Position numbers and translations under genes: made by a program
Origin: a virus
IMG/VR virus record: IMGVR_UViG_3300017917_003859
Location: 32,001 to 96,000 of that record
Length of the DNA: 64,000 bases
Reading direction: 5' to 3' (one strand)
Notes under the pieces: generated by a model
What the model saw: the letters and a program-made list of their open reading frames with translations, nothing else
Told to the model about the DNA's origin: nothing
Database searches by the model: none
Shown: piece by piece, positions 1 through 9,961 of the stretch
How positions within the stretch are numbered: position 1 is the stretch's first letter
Layout of the letters: each line of letters starts with the position of its first letter

Positions 1-722
1 GTGATTTAAAAGCAGGAGGTGATGTAGAGTTAGAAGAAATGGCTCGTACCCCAAATAATATCAAACTTGGAGACCCAGCCAAAATAGCACTAGCACGAAA
101 ATTATATGCTGGTACTTGGAAAGAAGATTTATTAAATGTTGTAGAAAAAGCAGGTGAAGAAGGAATTTCTCAACTAGAATTAGCTAAAGCTGTAGGTAAA
201 TCTAGCCAACCAGCAATTAATCCATCTGTAAATGAATTTCTTAAAATCGGAGCGTTTGCTCTAGTAAAATCATCAATATCACCTACAGTAGAACCTACTC
301 CAATTGAAGAACCAGAATTGGAATTGGAACCAGAAATTGAGCCTGAAAAAGTAGAACCGGCCGATGAAGATGAAGAAGATGTTGAAGTAAAAGATGATTG
401 GGAAAAATCGGAAGAGGAAGAAGAACCAGCAGAAGAAGAACCTAAAACAGCTGATATAAAAGCAGATGATAAAGAAATTGAAAAAATCTCAGGTGGTTCA
501 ACTTATGCCCAAAAGTTATCTTCTGAAGATGAAGAAAAATATAATAAACTTAAGAAAGGTATAGAAAATAAAGTTAATAAGTTATCACAAATGTCTAAAG
601 ACAATCGTGAAGCTTCTGATGATCTTAAGATTTTAAAACAACTAATTGCTAGAGATGATGTTAAAAAATTATTTAAAGCAAAGGGTGTAAGTTTAAAAGA
701 CCTTACTTCAAGCATTTTCTAA
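1..722 (+). CDS. 5'-truncated acidic protein with possible winged-helix segment; candidate head-internal protein
   Basis: The frame of ORF 39..722 is open to the window edge (DLKAGGDVELEE-MAR), so the true start is probably upstream. GISQLELAKAVGKSSQPAIN looks HTH-like; Glu/Pro-rich linker follows. Confidence 0.6.
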   Translation, partial: DLKAGGDVELEEMARTPNNIKLGDPAKIALARKLYAGTWKEDLLNVVEKAGEEGISQLELAKAVGKSSQPAINPSVNEFLKIGAFALVKSSISPTVEPTPIEEPELELEPEIEPEKVEPADEDEEDVEVKDDWEKSEEEEEPAEEEPKTADIKADDKEIEKISGGSTYAQKLSSEDEEKYNKLKKGIENKVNKLSQMSKDNREASDDLKILKQLIARDDVKKLFKAKGVSLKDLTSSIF

Positions 723-723
723 T

Positions 724-1326
724 ATGAAATGGGTAAAAGATAATTTTTTATTTATTATTATATTAGTTCTAATCGTAATTATATTAATGCAACGATGCGG
801 AAATGGTATTGATTTAGCTAATTTATTTAATAATAAACCATCTGCTGATACTATTATAAAAACAGATACTACATTTGTTACAATTACTAAAGAAATCCCA
901 ACATATATTCCTAAATGGAATACTAAAGTAGAACATGATATAATTTTTGATACAATTACCAAAATAGATACAACATATGTTTTAGGAGATTATTTTGCAA
1001 CTTATGTGTATAATGATACTATAAAAAAGGATACAATTACTATTTATATTAATGATTCTATTCATAAAAATAAAATTAAAAATAGAAATGTAAAGTATAA
1101 ATTATTATATTCTACTATATCTACTACAAATACTATAATTCAAAATAAACATGAATTTTATGTAGGTCCTAAATTAGTAGGAAGTAATAAGGGAATTAAT
1201 TTTTTTGGTCCTGAGGTGCTTTGGAGAACTAAAAATAAACAAGTATATAGTTTAGGAATTGGAATAGACGGGAATTTACAACCAAATTTAAGTTTAAGTA
1301 CCTATTGGAAAATAGGTAAAAAATAA
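724..1326 (+). CDS. Membrane-anchored protein, possibly spanin-like
   Basis: N-terminal hydrophobic helix ending LMQRC, repeated D-T-I/T motifs, amphipathic C-terminal beta strands ending YWKIGKK; directly upstream of terminase. Confidence 0.45.
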   Translation: MKWVKDNFLFIIILVLIVIILMQRCGNGIDLANLFNNKPSADTIIKTDTTFVTITKEIPTYIPKWNTKVEHDIIFDTITKIDTTYVLGDYFATYVYNDTIKKDTITIYINDSIHKNKIKNRNVKYKLLYSTISTTNTIIQNKHEFYVGPKLVGSNKGINFFGPEVLWRTKNKQVYSLGIGIDGNLQPNLSLSTYWKIGKK

Positions 1327-2897
1327 TGTCACAAGATCTTAAACAAATAATAAGAGAAGAGTATATTAAATGTGCTCAAGACCCTGCGCATTTTATGCGC
1401 AAATACTGTTACATCCAACATCCTCAACGTGGACGAGTAATATTTAATTTATACCCATTCCAGGGTAAAGTATTAAATTTATGGAAAGATAATCCATACT
1501 CTATAGTACTTAAATCTCGCCAGTTAGGTATATCAACTTTAGCAGCAGGTTATTCTTTATGGTTAATGATATTCCATAAAGATAAAAACGTATTGTGTTT
1601 AGCTACTAAACAAGAAACAGCCAAGAATATGGTTACTAAGGTAAAATTCATGTATGATAATTTACCTTCATGGCTAAAAGTACCTGCAGACGAAAACAAT
1701 AAACTTACATTAAGATTATCAAATGGATCCCAAATCAAAGCAGTATCAGCAGCAGGTGATGCAGGTCGATCTGAAGCAGTATCTTTACTTATAATAGATG
1801 AGGCTGCGTTTATTGACAATATTGGAGAAATATGGGCTTCTGCTCAACAAACTTTAGCAACTGGTGGTGGTGCAATTGTATTATCTACACCTTATGGTAC
1901 TGGTAATTGGTTTCACCAAACATGGGTTAAAGCTGAAACCAGTGAAAATGATTTTCTTCCTATTAAATTACCTTGGTTTGTACATCCTGAACGAGATGAT
2001 GCTTGGAGAAAACGACAAGATGAACTATTGGGTGATCCTAGATTAGCGGCTCAAGAATGTGATTGTAACTTTACCACTTCAGGAGATACAGTTTATTATC
2101 CTGAACATTTAGAATATTATCTTACTACACACATTTGTGAACCAGTAGAACGTAGAGGAGTAGACAAAAATCTTTGGATTTGGGAATCTCCAGACTATAC
2201 TAGAAATTACATGGTTGTAGCTGACGTAGCTAGGGGTGATGGAAAAGATTTTTCTGCATTTCATGTATTTGATTTAGAAACTAATGCTCAAGTAGCAGAA
2301 TATAAAGGACAAATAACCCCTAAAGAATTCGGTTATATGTTAGTAGGTATTGCTACAGAATATAATGAAGCGTTATTAGTACCTGAAAATGCCAATATAG
2401 GATGGGCTACAATTGATGCTATACAAGAAAGAGGATATAGAAATTTATATTATTCACCTAAAAGTGACTCCTCAACTTCAGATTCGTATTTTAACAAATA
2501 TGAAGATCATTCCAAAATGACCCCAGGTTTTACTATGTCTTTAAGAACTCGTCCATTAGTAATAAATAAAGGAAGAGAATATTTAGGAGACCATAGTGTT
2601 ATTATTCGTTCAAAACGTTTAATAGAAGAAATGAAAGTATTTGTTTGGAAAAATGGTAGAGCAGAAGCACAATCAGGATATAATGATGATTTAGTTATGC
2701 CTTTTAGTGTGGCTATGTATTTACGAGATACTTCACTTAAATTTAAATCTCAAGGAATTGAATTAGCAAAAGCAACAATAAATAATATATCAAGACCTTC
2801 TCAATATCAAGGAGCTTATTTTTCTTCAGGTAAAGATAACCCATATCATATACCTACAGGAAATAATCAAAATGAAGATATTAGATGGTTATTTTAA
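1326..2897 (+). CDS. terL: Terminase large subunit (T4 gp17-like)
   Basis: LYPFQ Q-motif, KSRQLGIST Walker A, LLIIDEAAF Walker B, STPYG motif III, nuclease motifs VVADVARG..DFS and NDDLVM. Confidence 0.95.
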   Translation: MSQDLKQIIREEYIKCAQDPAHFMRKYCYIQHPQRGRVIFNLYPFQGKVLNLWKDNPYSIVLKSRQLGISTLAAGYSLWLMIFHKDKNVLCLATKQETAKNMVTKVKFMYDNLPSWLKVPADENNKLTLRLSNGSQIKAVSAAGDAGRSEAVSLLIIDEAAFIDNIGEIWASAQQTLATGGGAIVLSTPYGTGNWFHQTWVKAETSENDFLPIKLPWFVHPERDDAWRKRQDELLGDPRLAAQECDCNFTTSGDTVYYPEHLEYYLTTHICEPVERRGVDKNLWIWESPDYTRNYMVVADVARGDGKDFSAFHVFDLETNAQVAEYKGQITPKEFGYMLVGIATEYNEALLVPENANIGWATIDAIQERGYRNLYYSPKSDSSTSDSYFNKYEDHSKMTPGFTMSLRTRPLVINKGREYLGDHSVIIRSKRLIEEMKVFVWKNGRAEAQSGYNDDLVMPFSVAMYLRDTSLKFKSQGIELAKATINNISRPSQYQGAYFSSGKDNPYHIPTGNNQNEDIRWLF

Positions 2898-2907
2898 ATA
2901 AAAAACA

Positions 2908-4767
2908 ATGGCGGATACGAATATATTTAATAGATTAAAACGATTATTTTCCACAGATGTTATTATCAGAAATGATGGTGGAAATCAGGTTAAGGTAATG
3001 GATGTTAATTCCATTCAACGTAGTGGTGAATATCAAACTAATTCTTTAAATGATAGATTTACTAGAATTTATTCTCAAAACGCTACATCTCTTTATGGTC
3101 AACAATTAAATGTTAACTACCAGTATTTAAGAGCCCAATTATATTCAGATTATGATGTTATGGATACAGACGCTATTGTAGCATCTGCTTTAGATATTAT
3201 TTCTGATGAATGTACTTTAAAAAACGAAATGGGAGAAATACTCCAAATTCGTAGTTCTGATGAAGATCTTCAAAAAATTCTTTATAATTTATTTTATGAT
3301 GTTTTAAATATTGAATTTAATCTTTGGTCATGGACTAGACAAATGTGTAAATATGGTGACTTTTTCTTAAAACTAGAAATAGCAGAAAAATTTGGTGTAT
3401 ATAATGTAATACCTTATACTGCATACCATATAATGCGTCAAGAAAACTATGACCCAAATTTACCCGCAGCAGTAAGATTTAGATTTAGTCCTGATGGTTA
3501 TGTAGGTGGTACAGGACAATATTTTGTTCCTAATCAATATTCCAAAACAGAAAACGGAATATATTTTGATAATTACGAAATGGCTCATTTCCGTTTATTA
3601 ACTGATGTAAACTATTTACCATATGGCCGTTCTTATATAGAACCAGCTCGTAAATTATTTAAACAATACACATTAATGGAGGATGCTATGTTAATTCATA
3701 GAATATCTAGAGCACCAGAAAAACGTGTTTTTTATATCAATGTAGGTTCTATTCCTCCTAATGAAGTGGAGAATTTCATGCAAAAAACTATTAATACCAT
3801 GAAAAAAACTCCATACATAGATCAACAAACTGGTGAATATAATCTTAAGTATAACATGCAAAATATGTTAGAAGATTTTTATATTCCTGTTCGTGGTAAT
3901 GACACAACTACTAAAATTGAAACTACTAAAGGTTTAGAGTATAATGGTATTGAAGATGTTAATTATTTAAGAGATAAATTGTTTGCTGCACTTAAAATAC
4001 CTAAAGCTTTTATGGGTTATGAGAAAGATTTAAGTGGTAAAGCAACATTAGCTGCTGAAGATATTCGTTTTGCTCGCACTATTGATAGAATCCAGCGTAT
4101 TATGTTGTCTGAGTTGTATAAAATTGCTTTAGTACATTTGTATACTCAAGGATATAAAGGAGAATCTTTAACAAATTTTGAACTTTCATTAACTACTCCA
4201 TCAATTATATACGATCAAGAACGTATTGCTTTAATGAAAGAAAAGGTTGATTTAGCCAAAAACATAATGGAGGCCCAATTATTACCCACAGATTGGATTT
4301 ATCACAATATCTTCCACTTCAGTGAAGATCAATTCGATGAATACAGAGATTTAATTTTACAAGATTCTAAACGTAAATTCCGTTTATCTCAAATAGTTGA
4401 AGAAGGAAATGATCCATTAGAAACTGGCCGTTCATATGGTACTCCACATGATTTAGCATCATTGTATGGTAAAGGTAGAACTATGTCAGATCCAGGAAAT
4501 GTTCCTGATGGGTATAATGGAGATGTTAAATTAGGTAGACCTTTTGAAAAAGTATCTAATATTAATACACAACAAAACGCATTTGGTAGAGATAGATTAG
4601 GTAAAAAAGATATGAAAATAGATGATCAACCTGATTATAATTCTAAATCATTAAATGAAAATTATTTAAAAAATAAACAATTTTTAAATGAAATTGAAAA
4701 AAAATTGGTTTTTACTACAGATAAATCAAAAGAATCATTACTTGATGAAAATCAATTGAAAGACTAA
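2908..4767 (+). CDS. Portal protein (T4 gp20-like)
   Basis: LMEDAMLIHRISRAPEKRVFYINVG, MLEDFYIPVRG and YLRDKLFAALKIP are gp20-family signatures; follows terL. Confidence 0.95.
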   Translation: MADTNIFNRLKRLFSTDVIIRNDGGNQVKVMDVNSIQRSGEYQTNSLNDRFTRIYSQNATSLYGQQLNVNYQYLRAQLYSDYDVMDTDAIVASALDIISDECTLKNEMGEILQIRSSDEDLQKILYNLFYDVLNIEFNLWSWTRQMCKYGDFFLKLEIAEKFGVYNVIPYTAYHIMRQENYDPNLPAAVRFRFSPDGYVGGTGQYFVPNQYSKTENGIYFDNYEMAHFRLLTDVNYLPYGRSYIEPARKLFKQYTLMEDAMLIHRISRAPEKRVFYINVGSIPPNEVENFMQKTINTMKKTPYIDQQTGEYNLKYNMQNMLEDFYIPVRGNDTTTKIETTKGLEYNGIEDVNYLRDKLFAALKIPKAFMGYEKDLSGKATLAAEDIRFARTIDRIQRIMLSELYKIALVHLYTQGYKGESLTNFELSLTTPSIIYDQERIALMKEKVDLAKNIMEAQLLPTDWIYHNIFHFSEDQFDEYRDLILQDSKRKFRLSQIVEEGNDPLETGRSYGTPHDLASLYGKGRTMSDPGNVPDGYNGDVKLGRPFEKVSNINTQQNAFGRDRLGKKDMKIDDQPDYNSKSLNENYLKNKQFLNEIEKKLVFTTDKSKESLLDENQLKD

Positions 4768-4779
4768 TATATTCCTATA

Positions 4780-4787
4780 TATTTATA
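4780..4787 (+). promoter_or_regulatory. Representative late-type promoter motif TATTTATA
   Basis: Exact copies at 4780, 11727, 12409, 17346, 21812, 24504, 26803, 27051, 36563, 44091, 49071, 53394, 62132; variants at 8773, 30708, 32511, 33098, 34216, 59593; mostly shortly before start codons. Confidence 0.7.
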
Positions 4788-4802
4788 ATAAAACCTGTAT
4801 AG

Positions 4803-5663
4803 ATGTTAATAAAACATTCAAAATTTAAAAACACCAGTATATTATTTGAGTTACTAGTAAGACAAATAACAACTGATACTTTATCTGGTAAAAATTCAGA
4901 AGCAACTGATATACTAAAAAAATATTTTAGTAAAACTGAATTGGGTCGTGAATATAAATTATATGAAACTTTACTTAAACGTACTAATTTATCTGAAGGT
5001 AAAGCTGAAATAATAATCAATACTGTACTTGAAGGTGCTAAACAATTAAATAAATCAGCACTTAAACGACAAAAATATAATTTAATTAAAGAAATTAAAA
5101 ATCATTATGATTTAGAAAAATTCTTTAAAACTAAATTACCCCACTATAAGACACAGGCTGCTATATATAATTTATTAGAATCAATAGACCGCAAACCTTT
5201 ACTTACTGAACAAATTATTTCAAATAAAATAACAATTTTAGAACATTTAACTTCAACCTCAACTGAAAAAAATAAAGAAAAAGCTCCTGAAGTAATAAAT
5301 GAATTTACTAAATTTGATAAGGGAACTCGCAATTTAGCTTATAAAATTTTATTAGAAAAATTTAATGAAAAATATTCTAATTTTACTAACAATCAAAAAT
5401 TAATTTTAAAAGAATTTATCAATAGTGTAGATAATAATGCTAAATTAAAAGAATTTTATAATATTAAAATTAATGAAATAAAGAAAGATTTAATTTTATT
5501 AAATAAAACTACTTCTAATAAAGTTACTAAAATTAAAATTAATGAAATAGTTAATTTATTAGTTGAATTAAATAAAACTGATAAAGTAAGTAATGATCAT
5601 ATGATTAATTTACTTCAATATTGTGATTTAATTGAAGAATTAAAAAAAATAAATGGAAAGTAA
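4803..5663 (+). CDS. Basic helical head-module protein, function unknown
   Basis: 286-aa ORF between portal and protease, preceded by TATTTATA at 4780. Confidence 0.6.
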   Translation: MLIKHSKFKNTSILFELLVRQITTDTLSGKNSEATDILKKYFSKTELGREYKLYETLLKRTNLSEGKAEIIINTVLEGAKQLNKSALKRQKYNLIKEIKNHYDLEKFFKTKLPHYKTQAAIYNLLESIDRKPLLTEQIISNKITILEHLTSTSTEKNKEKAPEVINEFTKFDKGTRNLAYKILLEKFNEKYSNFTNNQKLILKEFINSVDNNAKLKEFYNIKINEIKKDLILLNKTTSNKVTKIKINEIVNLLVELNKTDKVSNDHMINLLQYCDLIEELKKINGK

Positions 5664-6441
5664 TAACCCAAATACCCCTAAATTTACCGTTGATCCTGAA
5701 ACTGGAAAAGTAGATTATGGTATTTATCATAATTTAATTAAAGTTTGGAAAGAATTTCTTATTTTTTATAGAGATACTTTTTTAAAAAACGAAAATGTTT
5801 TAGATAAAAATGATCCTAAATTTAATGAGATATTTAATGATTCTAAAAAACTTTATAATAAATTTATTAGTCATTTAAAATCTAATTATCCAAAAGATTA
5901 CGAAAATATAAAACTTATCATCAGTAAACAAATTAAAGAAATTATACAAGCTTCTTTAAAAGAAATGAGTGCTACAGGTGCAGGTTCAGGAGCAGCAACT
6001 TTCACTCCAGGCACTGGTGCTCAATATGCTACACCGTATGCTTTTAATCCAAATAAAAAAGCAAAAGGAGCTCAAAATATTTACTATTATAAACTGGGAT
6101 GGAAACCAGTACCTGCTGAAGAATTACATAAACAATCTAAAGTTATAGACCATAAAGATTTATGGAAGAAAAAATTAAAAGAATCTAGTGAATCTTCTCA
6201 ATCATATTTAAATACATTAAATTTACAAGATCCATCTTTAAAACAGTTTGTAGAAACTCGAGTTACGGATTTTGATAAAATAGAAGATAAATTAAATACT
6301 TTACTCCCATTGTTAAAAGATGCTAAAAAAGAAACAATGGAATATTATAAAAATAATCCTGAATTTAAAATAAAATATGGGACTGATTTAGCATTAGATT
6401 ATTTAAATGACCTAATAACATTATTTAAAGAGAAAAAATGA
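5653..6441 (+). CDS. Putative prohead core/internal protein with LKE-delimited segments
   Basis: Head-module position; KQIKEIIQASLKE and KKLKE junctions separate dissimilar segments. Confidence 0.55.
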   Translation: MESNNPNTPKFTVDPETGKVDYGIYHNLIKVWKEFLIFYRDTFLKNENVLDKNDPKFNEIFNDSKKLYNKFISHLKSNYPKDYENIKLIISKQIKEIIQASLKEMSATGAGSGAATFTPGTGAQYATPYAFNPNKKAKGAQNIYYYKLGWKPVPAEELHKQSKVIDHKDLWKKKLKESSESSQSYLNTLNLQDPSLKQFVETRVTDFDKIEDKLNTLLPLLKDAKKETMEYYKNNPEFKIKYGTDLALDYLNDLITLFKEKK

Positions 6442-8075
6442 AAACATTACAAGAACACTACAACGCTATCAAATCCGGAAAAGGCGGAAATAAAACTCAA
6501 TTTTTAAAACACGCACGTCAACTTTTCCCAGAATATATCAATCAATATTTTGATTTTGATACAGCAACTAACGTATTAAAATCTAAACAAATTATTAGTG
6601 AAGCAGCAGCTGGTGGTGTTGTTTCTAAAGGATTTGATATTTTTGATTGGAAAAAGATTTTAGCTGAAGAAGTAAAATCAATAGAAAAAGAAACATCTAA
6701 AGAAGTTACAGATAAGCAATCACATTCATATGATAATAAAGATATGAAAAATGCTGACAATATTAACTTTAATGAAATCATGAAAGGTTTTTATTGTGAA
6801 TTACGCAATGAAAAAAATGCTGGTAAAACAGGTGATGAATTAAAAGATATTGTAGTTAAAAATTTAGCTAAAGATCCTTTATATTATACTAAAAATGGTG
6901 AATTTGGAACTGAAGGTGTAGGATACACTGATGAAGCTCCAGGTTTAGGTAAGCCCAAAGAACCAAAAGGCAAACATAAATCCTCAGGATATGGTGATCT
7001 AGATACTGATAAAAAAGAAGAGAAAGTAAAGTCAAATGTTCAAGACTCATTAGGTGATAAAGAAGCAAAAACTTCAATGCCTAAAAAAGTTAAAGAAATG
7101 CCTGTAGCTCCTCAAAACGCTTCTGGTGTTAAAAAAATGGCTATGCCTGGCAAAGAAAAAAAAATTAAATTAAAGGAAGGATTTGAATATTCATTTAGTG
7201 AATATGATTTTGAGATTCCTGATAATATGAAAGAATATATTAAAACTAAAATTAAAACCAAATTTCCTGATATATCTGATAAAAGTATTGACTCATATAT
7301 AGAAAATACTGAAAACTACTATTATTCTGAAGCTCGAAAAGAAAATAAACGAGGCAGAGAATATCCATCTGTAAGCGCTGATGATATAGTAGATTTGATT
7401 ATTGCTTATATTGAAGATATAGAATTAAAGGAAGGTATAGGAATGTTTCATGACCCTATAGGATATAAAAAACCTGAATTAAGTGATATAGATAAAATGT
7501 TCACTAAAGAGTATAAAGGTAATGGCATGTATGTGATTTATAAAAATGATAAAGAAGTCAAAACTATTGAAGGTGAAGGTAATGCTAATGCTTGGATAAA
7601 TAATGAAAAAAGAAAATTAAAAGAATCACTTAACGAAAATATCAATAAAAAATATACTCATTTTGCTATCCGTAAATCAGATGGTAAAATAGTAGAAGGA
7701 TGGGAAACAGTAAGTGATGTTGAAAGCTTAAAATATTATGCTAAGATGGATCTTAAAGATATATTTCCTGATTCTAAATTATCTGAATTTGTTATTGTTT
7801 CTAAAAAAGGATTAGAAAAAAAAGGAATTGATCCATTTGATTACAAAAATTGGTATTGGTATAAAAGTGGTGATTCTGTAAATGAAAATGAAGATGTTTA
7901 TCAACAACTTGAAGATCTTCAAAATGAATTAACAAAAGAAAAAGATCCTGAACGTAAAGCTGAACTTGAAAAAAAGATCAAAGCTTTAGAAGCAGGATTA
8001 AAAGAAAATATAAATGTTGGAGAATCAAAACTTCGTTCTATAATTCGTAATATTATTAAAGAAGAATTAAAATAA
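6438..8075 (+). CDS. Putative prohead core/internal polyprotein
   Basis: Directly upstream of protease; starts MKTLQE; several LKE/LNE/VNE junctions; ends KLRSIIRNIIKEELK. Confidence 0.6.
   Translation: MKTLQEHYNAIKSGKGGNKTQFLKHARQLFPEYINQYFDFDTATNVLKSKQIISEAAAGGVVSKGFDIFDWKKILAEEVKSIEKETSKEVTDKQSHSYDNKDMKNADNINFNEIMKGFYCELRNEKNAGKTGDELKDIVVKNLAKDPLYYTKNGEFGTEGVGYTDEAPGLGKPKEPKGKHKSSGYGDLDTDKKEEKVKSNVQDSLGDKEAKTSMPKKVKEMPVAPQNASGVKKMAMPGKEKKIKLKEGFEYSFSEYDFEIPDNMKEYIKTKIKTKFPDISDKSIDSYIENTENYYYSEARKENKRGREYPSVSADDIVDLIIAYIEDIELKEGIGMFHDPIGYKKPELSDIDKMFTKEYKGNGMYVIYKNDKEVKTIEGEGNANAWINNEKRKLKESLNENINKKYTHFAIRKSDGKIVEGWETVSDVESLKYYAKMDLKDIFPDSKLSEFVIVSKKGLEKKGIDPFDYKNWYWYKSGDSVNENEDVYQQLEDLQNELTKEKDPERKAELEKKIKALEAGLKENINVGESKLRSIIRNIIKEELK
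7168..7435 (+). repeat. 13-bp direct repeat AATTAAAGGAAGG bracketing an in-frame 255-bp module
   Basis: Copies at 7168-7180 and 7423-7435, both encoding LKEG; spacing 255 nt = 85 codons. Confidence 0.75.
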
Positions 8076-8076
8076 T

Positions 8077-8682
8077 ATGAAATCATTACTTATAGAAACC
8101 CGCCAATTTAATGTATCACCAATGGCACTTACCGAAGGTAAAAGTGTTGGTGGTAATCCATTAGTTGAAGGTATTTTAGCTACTTGTGAAGTAAAAAACG
8201 GAAACGGTAGATATTATGCTAAAGATTTGTGGGAACGTGAAATTGATAAATACATGACTTTAGTTAAAGAAAGACGTGCTTGTGGTGAATTAGATCATCC
8301 TGATTCTCAAGTAATTAACTTAAAAAATGTATCACACAATATCAATAGTATTTGGTGGGATGGTGATAATATTATGGGTAAAATCGAAATTTTACCTACC
8401 CCATCAGGAAATATATTAAAAGCATTAATCGAATCGGGTATTAAAGTTGGTGTATCAAGTCGTGGGATGGGTAGCCTAAAACAAGTAGGTGAAGTATTAG
8501 AAGTACAAGATGACTTTGAATTATTATGTTGGGATTTTGTAAGTACACCTTCAAATCAAGGATCATGGATGACTTCTATTCATGAAGGAATGTCTACTCC
8601 AATTAATTCAAATCCATATTCTAGAGTTAATTCAATAATAACCGAGATTCTATGTGCAAATGGATCTTGTCCTATAATTTAA
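8077..8682 (+). CDS. Prohead core protease (T4 gp21-like)
   Basis: KNGNGRYY, GELDHP, ILPTPSG, GVSSRGMGS and WDFVSTPS are gp21-family motifs. Confidence 0.95.
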   Translation: MKSLLIETRQFNVSPMALTEGKSVGGNPLVEGILATCEVKNGNGRYYAKDLWEREIDKYMTLVKERRACGELDHPDSQVINLKNVSHNINSIWWDGDNIMGKIEILPTPSGNILKALIESGIKVGVSSRGMGSLKQVGEVLEVQDDFELLCWDFVSTPSNQGSWMTSIHEGMSTPINSNPYSRVNSIITEILCANGSCPII

Positions 8683-8710
8683 CCACTCTTAAAATAGTAT
8701 TTTAAGATCG

Positions 8711-8740
8711 AGGCGCTTCAAAAAGAAGCGCCTTTCTTTT
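8711..8740 (+). terminator. Intrinsic terminator after protease
   Basis: AGGCGCTTC-AAAAA-GAAGCGCCT followed by TTCTTTT. Confidence 0.85.
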
Positions 8741-8772
8741 TCTATTCTTGCGACTTTGAATAGATACATACA

Positions 8773-8885
8773 TACGTATATTAGAATGTGCCCAATTCTA
8801 TGAGGCATTGTGAATTATAAATTTTATTACGCTTGAATTTATTTCGTATTAAGCGTATTTCCAACAATTAAAAATTAAGGAAAAA
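8773..8885 (+). promoter_or_regulatory. Late-type promoter variant (TACGTATA) and structured leader of scaffold/capsid operon
   Basis: TACGTATA at 8773-8780, then inverted repeats TGCC..GGCA and TACGCTT..AAGCGTA before ATG 8886. Confidence 0.5.
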
Positions 8886-9920
8886 ATGGCAACAAACAGA
8901 GATTTGCTTAAAGAAGCAATCGCAGATGCTAAAACTGTTAAAGAAACAGCTATAGCTAATGCAAAAGCTGCTTTAGAAGAAGCCTTCACTCCTTATCTCA
9001 AAGAAAAATTAGCAGCTAAATTATCAGAAATGGAAGAAGCTGAAAATGAAGAGATGATGAATGAAGAAACTTATGAAGCAGAAATGGATGAAGTTAAAAA
9101 ACCTTCAACTATGGACGAAGAAATTTCTTTGGATGAACTTTTAGCCGAATTAGAAGAAGAAGACACTATGGATGAAACCGGTCTTTATGAAGCTAAGAAG
9201 GAAGAAAAAGAAGAAGAAGAAATGTCTATTGAAGATATGTCTGAAGATGATTTAAAATCATTTATTGAAGATGTTATTAAAGACATGGTGGCTGCTGGGG
9301 AACTAGAAGCTGGTCATGAAGGTGAAGAGGGTGAAGAAGCAGAAGAAGAAGCTGAAATGGAACCTGCTGAAGGTGAAGAAGAAGCTGAAGAGTCTGAAGA
9401 AGAATTAGATGAAGAAGTTAATATTGATGAACTTCTATCTGAAGATTTAGAAGAAGAAATGGATGAAGTTAATTTAGATGAACTTTTAGCTGAGCTAGAA
9501 GAAACTGATTCTAAAAAAGAAGAAAAAGAACTTGATGAAGCTAAAGAAGAAGAATCAATGAAAAAAGATCTTGAAGAAGCTTATACTACAATCAAAACTC
9601 TTAAATCTGAACTTCAAGAAATTAACTTGTTAAATGCTAAACTTCTTTACACTAACAAGATTTTCCGTAATAAATCTTTAACCGAATCACAAAAAATTAA
9701 AGTTTTAACAGCATTCGATAAAGCTACATCTAAAAAAGAAGCTCAGTTGGTTTATGAAACTTTATTAGAGAATTTTAAAACATCAACTACTAAAAATCCT
9801 ATTAAAGAATCATTAAATCCAGCATCTAAAATTTTAGGAAATGTTCAAGCAAAACCAATTATCGAATCAAATGATGCGTTCGCTCGTATGCGCGAATTAG
9901 CTGGGTTACATAAAAAATAA
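8886..9920 (+). CDS. Prohead scaffolding/core protein (gp22-like)
   Basis: Very acidic helical protein between protease and capsid gene; three E(I/V)x(L/I)DELL repeats; many L/M-x-E sites. Confidence 0.85.
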   Translation: MATNRDLLKEAIADAKTVKETAIANAKAALEEAFTPYLKEKLAAKLSEMEEAENEEMMNEETYEAEMDEVKKPSTMDEEISLDELLAELEEEDTMDETGLYEAKKEEKEEEEMSIEDMSEDDLKSFIEDVIKDMVAAGELEAGHEGEEGEEAEEEAEMEPAEGEEEAEESEEELDEEVNIDELLSEDLEEEMDEVNLDELLAELEETDSKKEEKELDEAKEEESMKKDLEEAYTTIKTLKSELQEINLLNAKLLYTNKIFRNKSLTESQKIKVLTAFDKATSKKEAQLVYETLLENFKTSTTKNPIKESLNPASKILGNVQAKPIIESNDAFARMRELAGLHKK

Positions 9921-9961
9921 TAAAAACAATTAAAAACTAAAAACAAAAACAATTAAAAACA

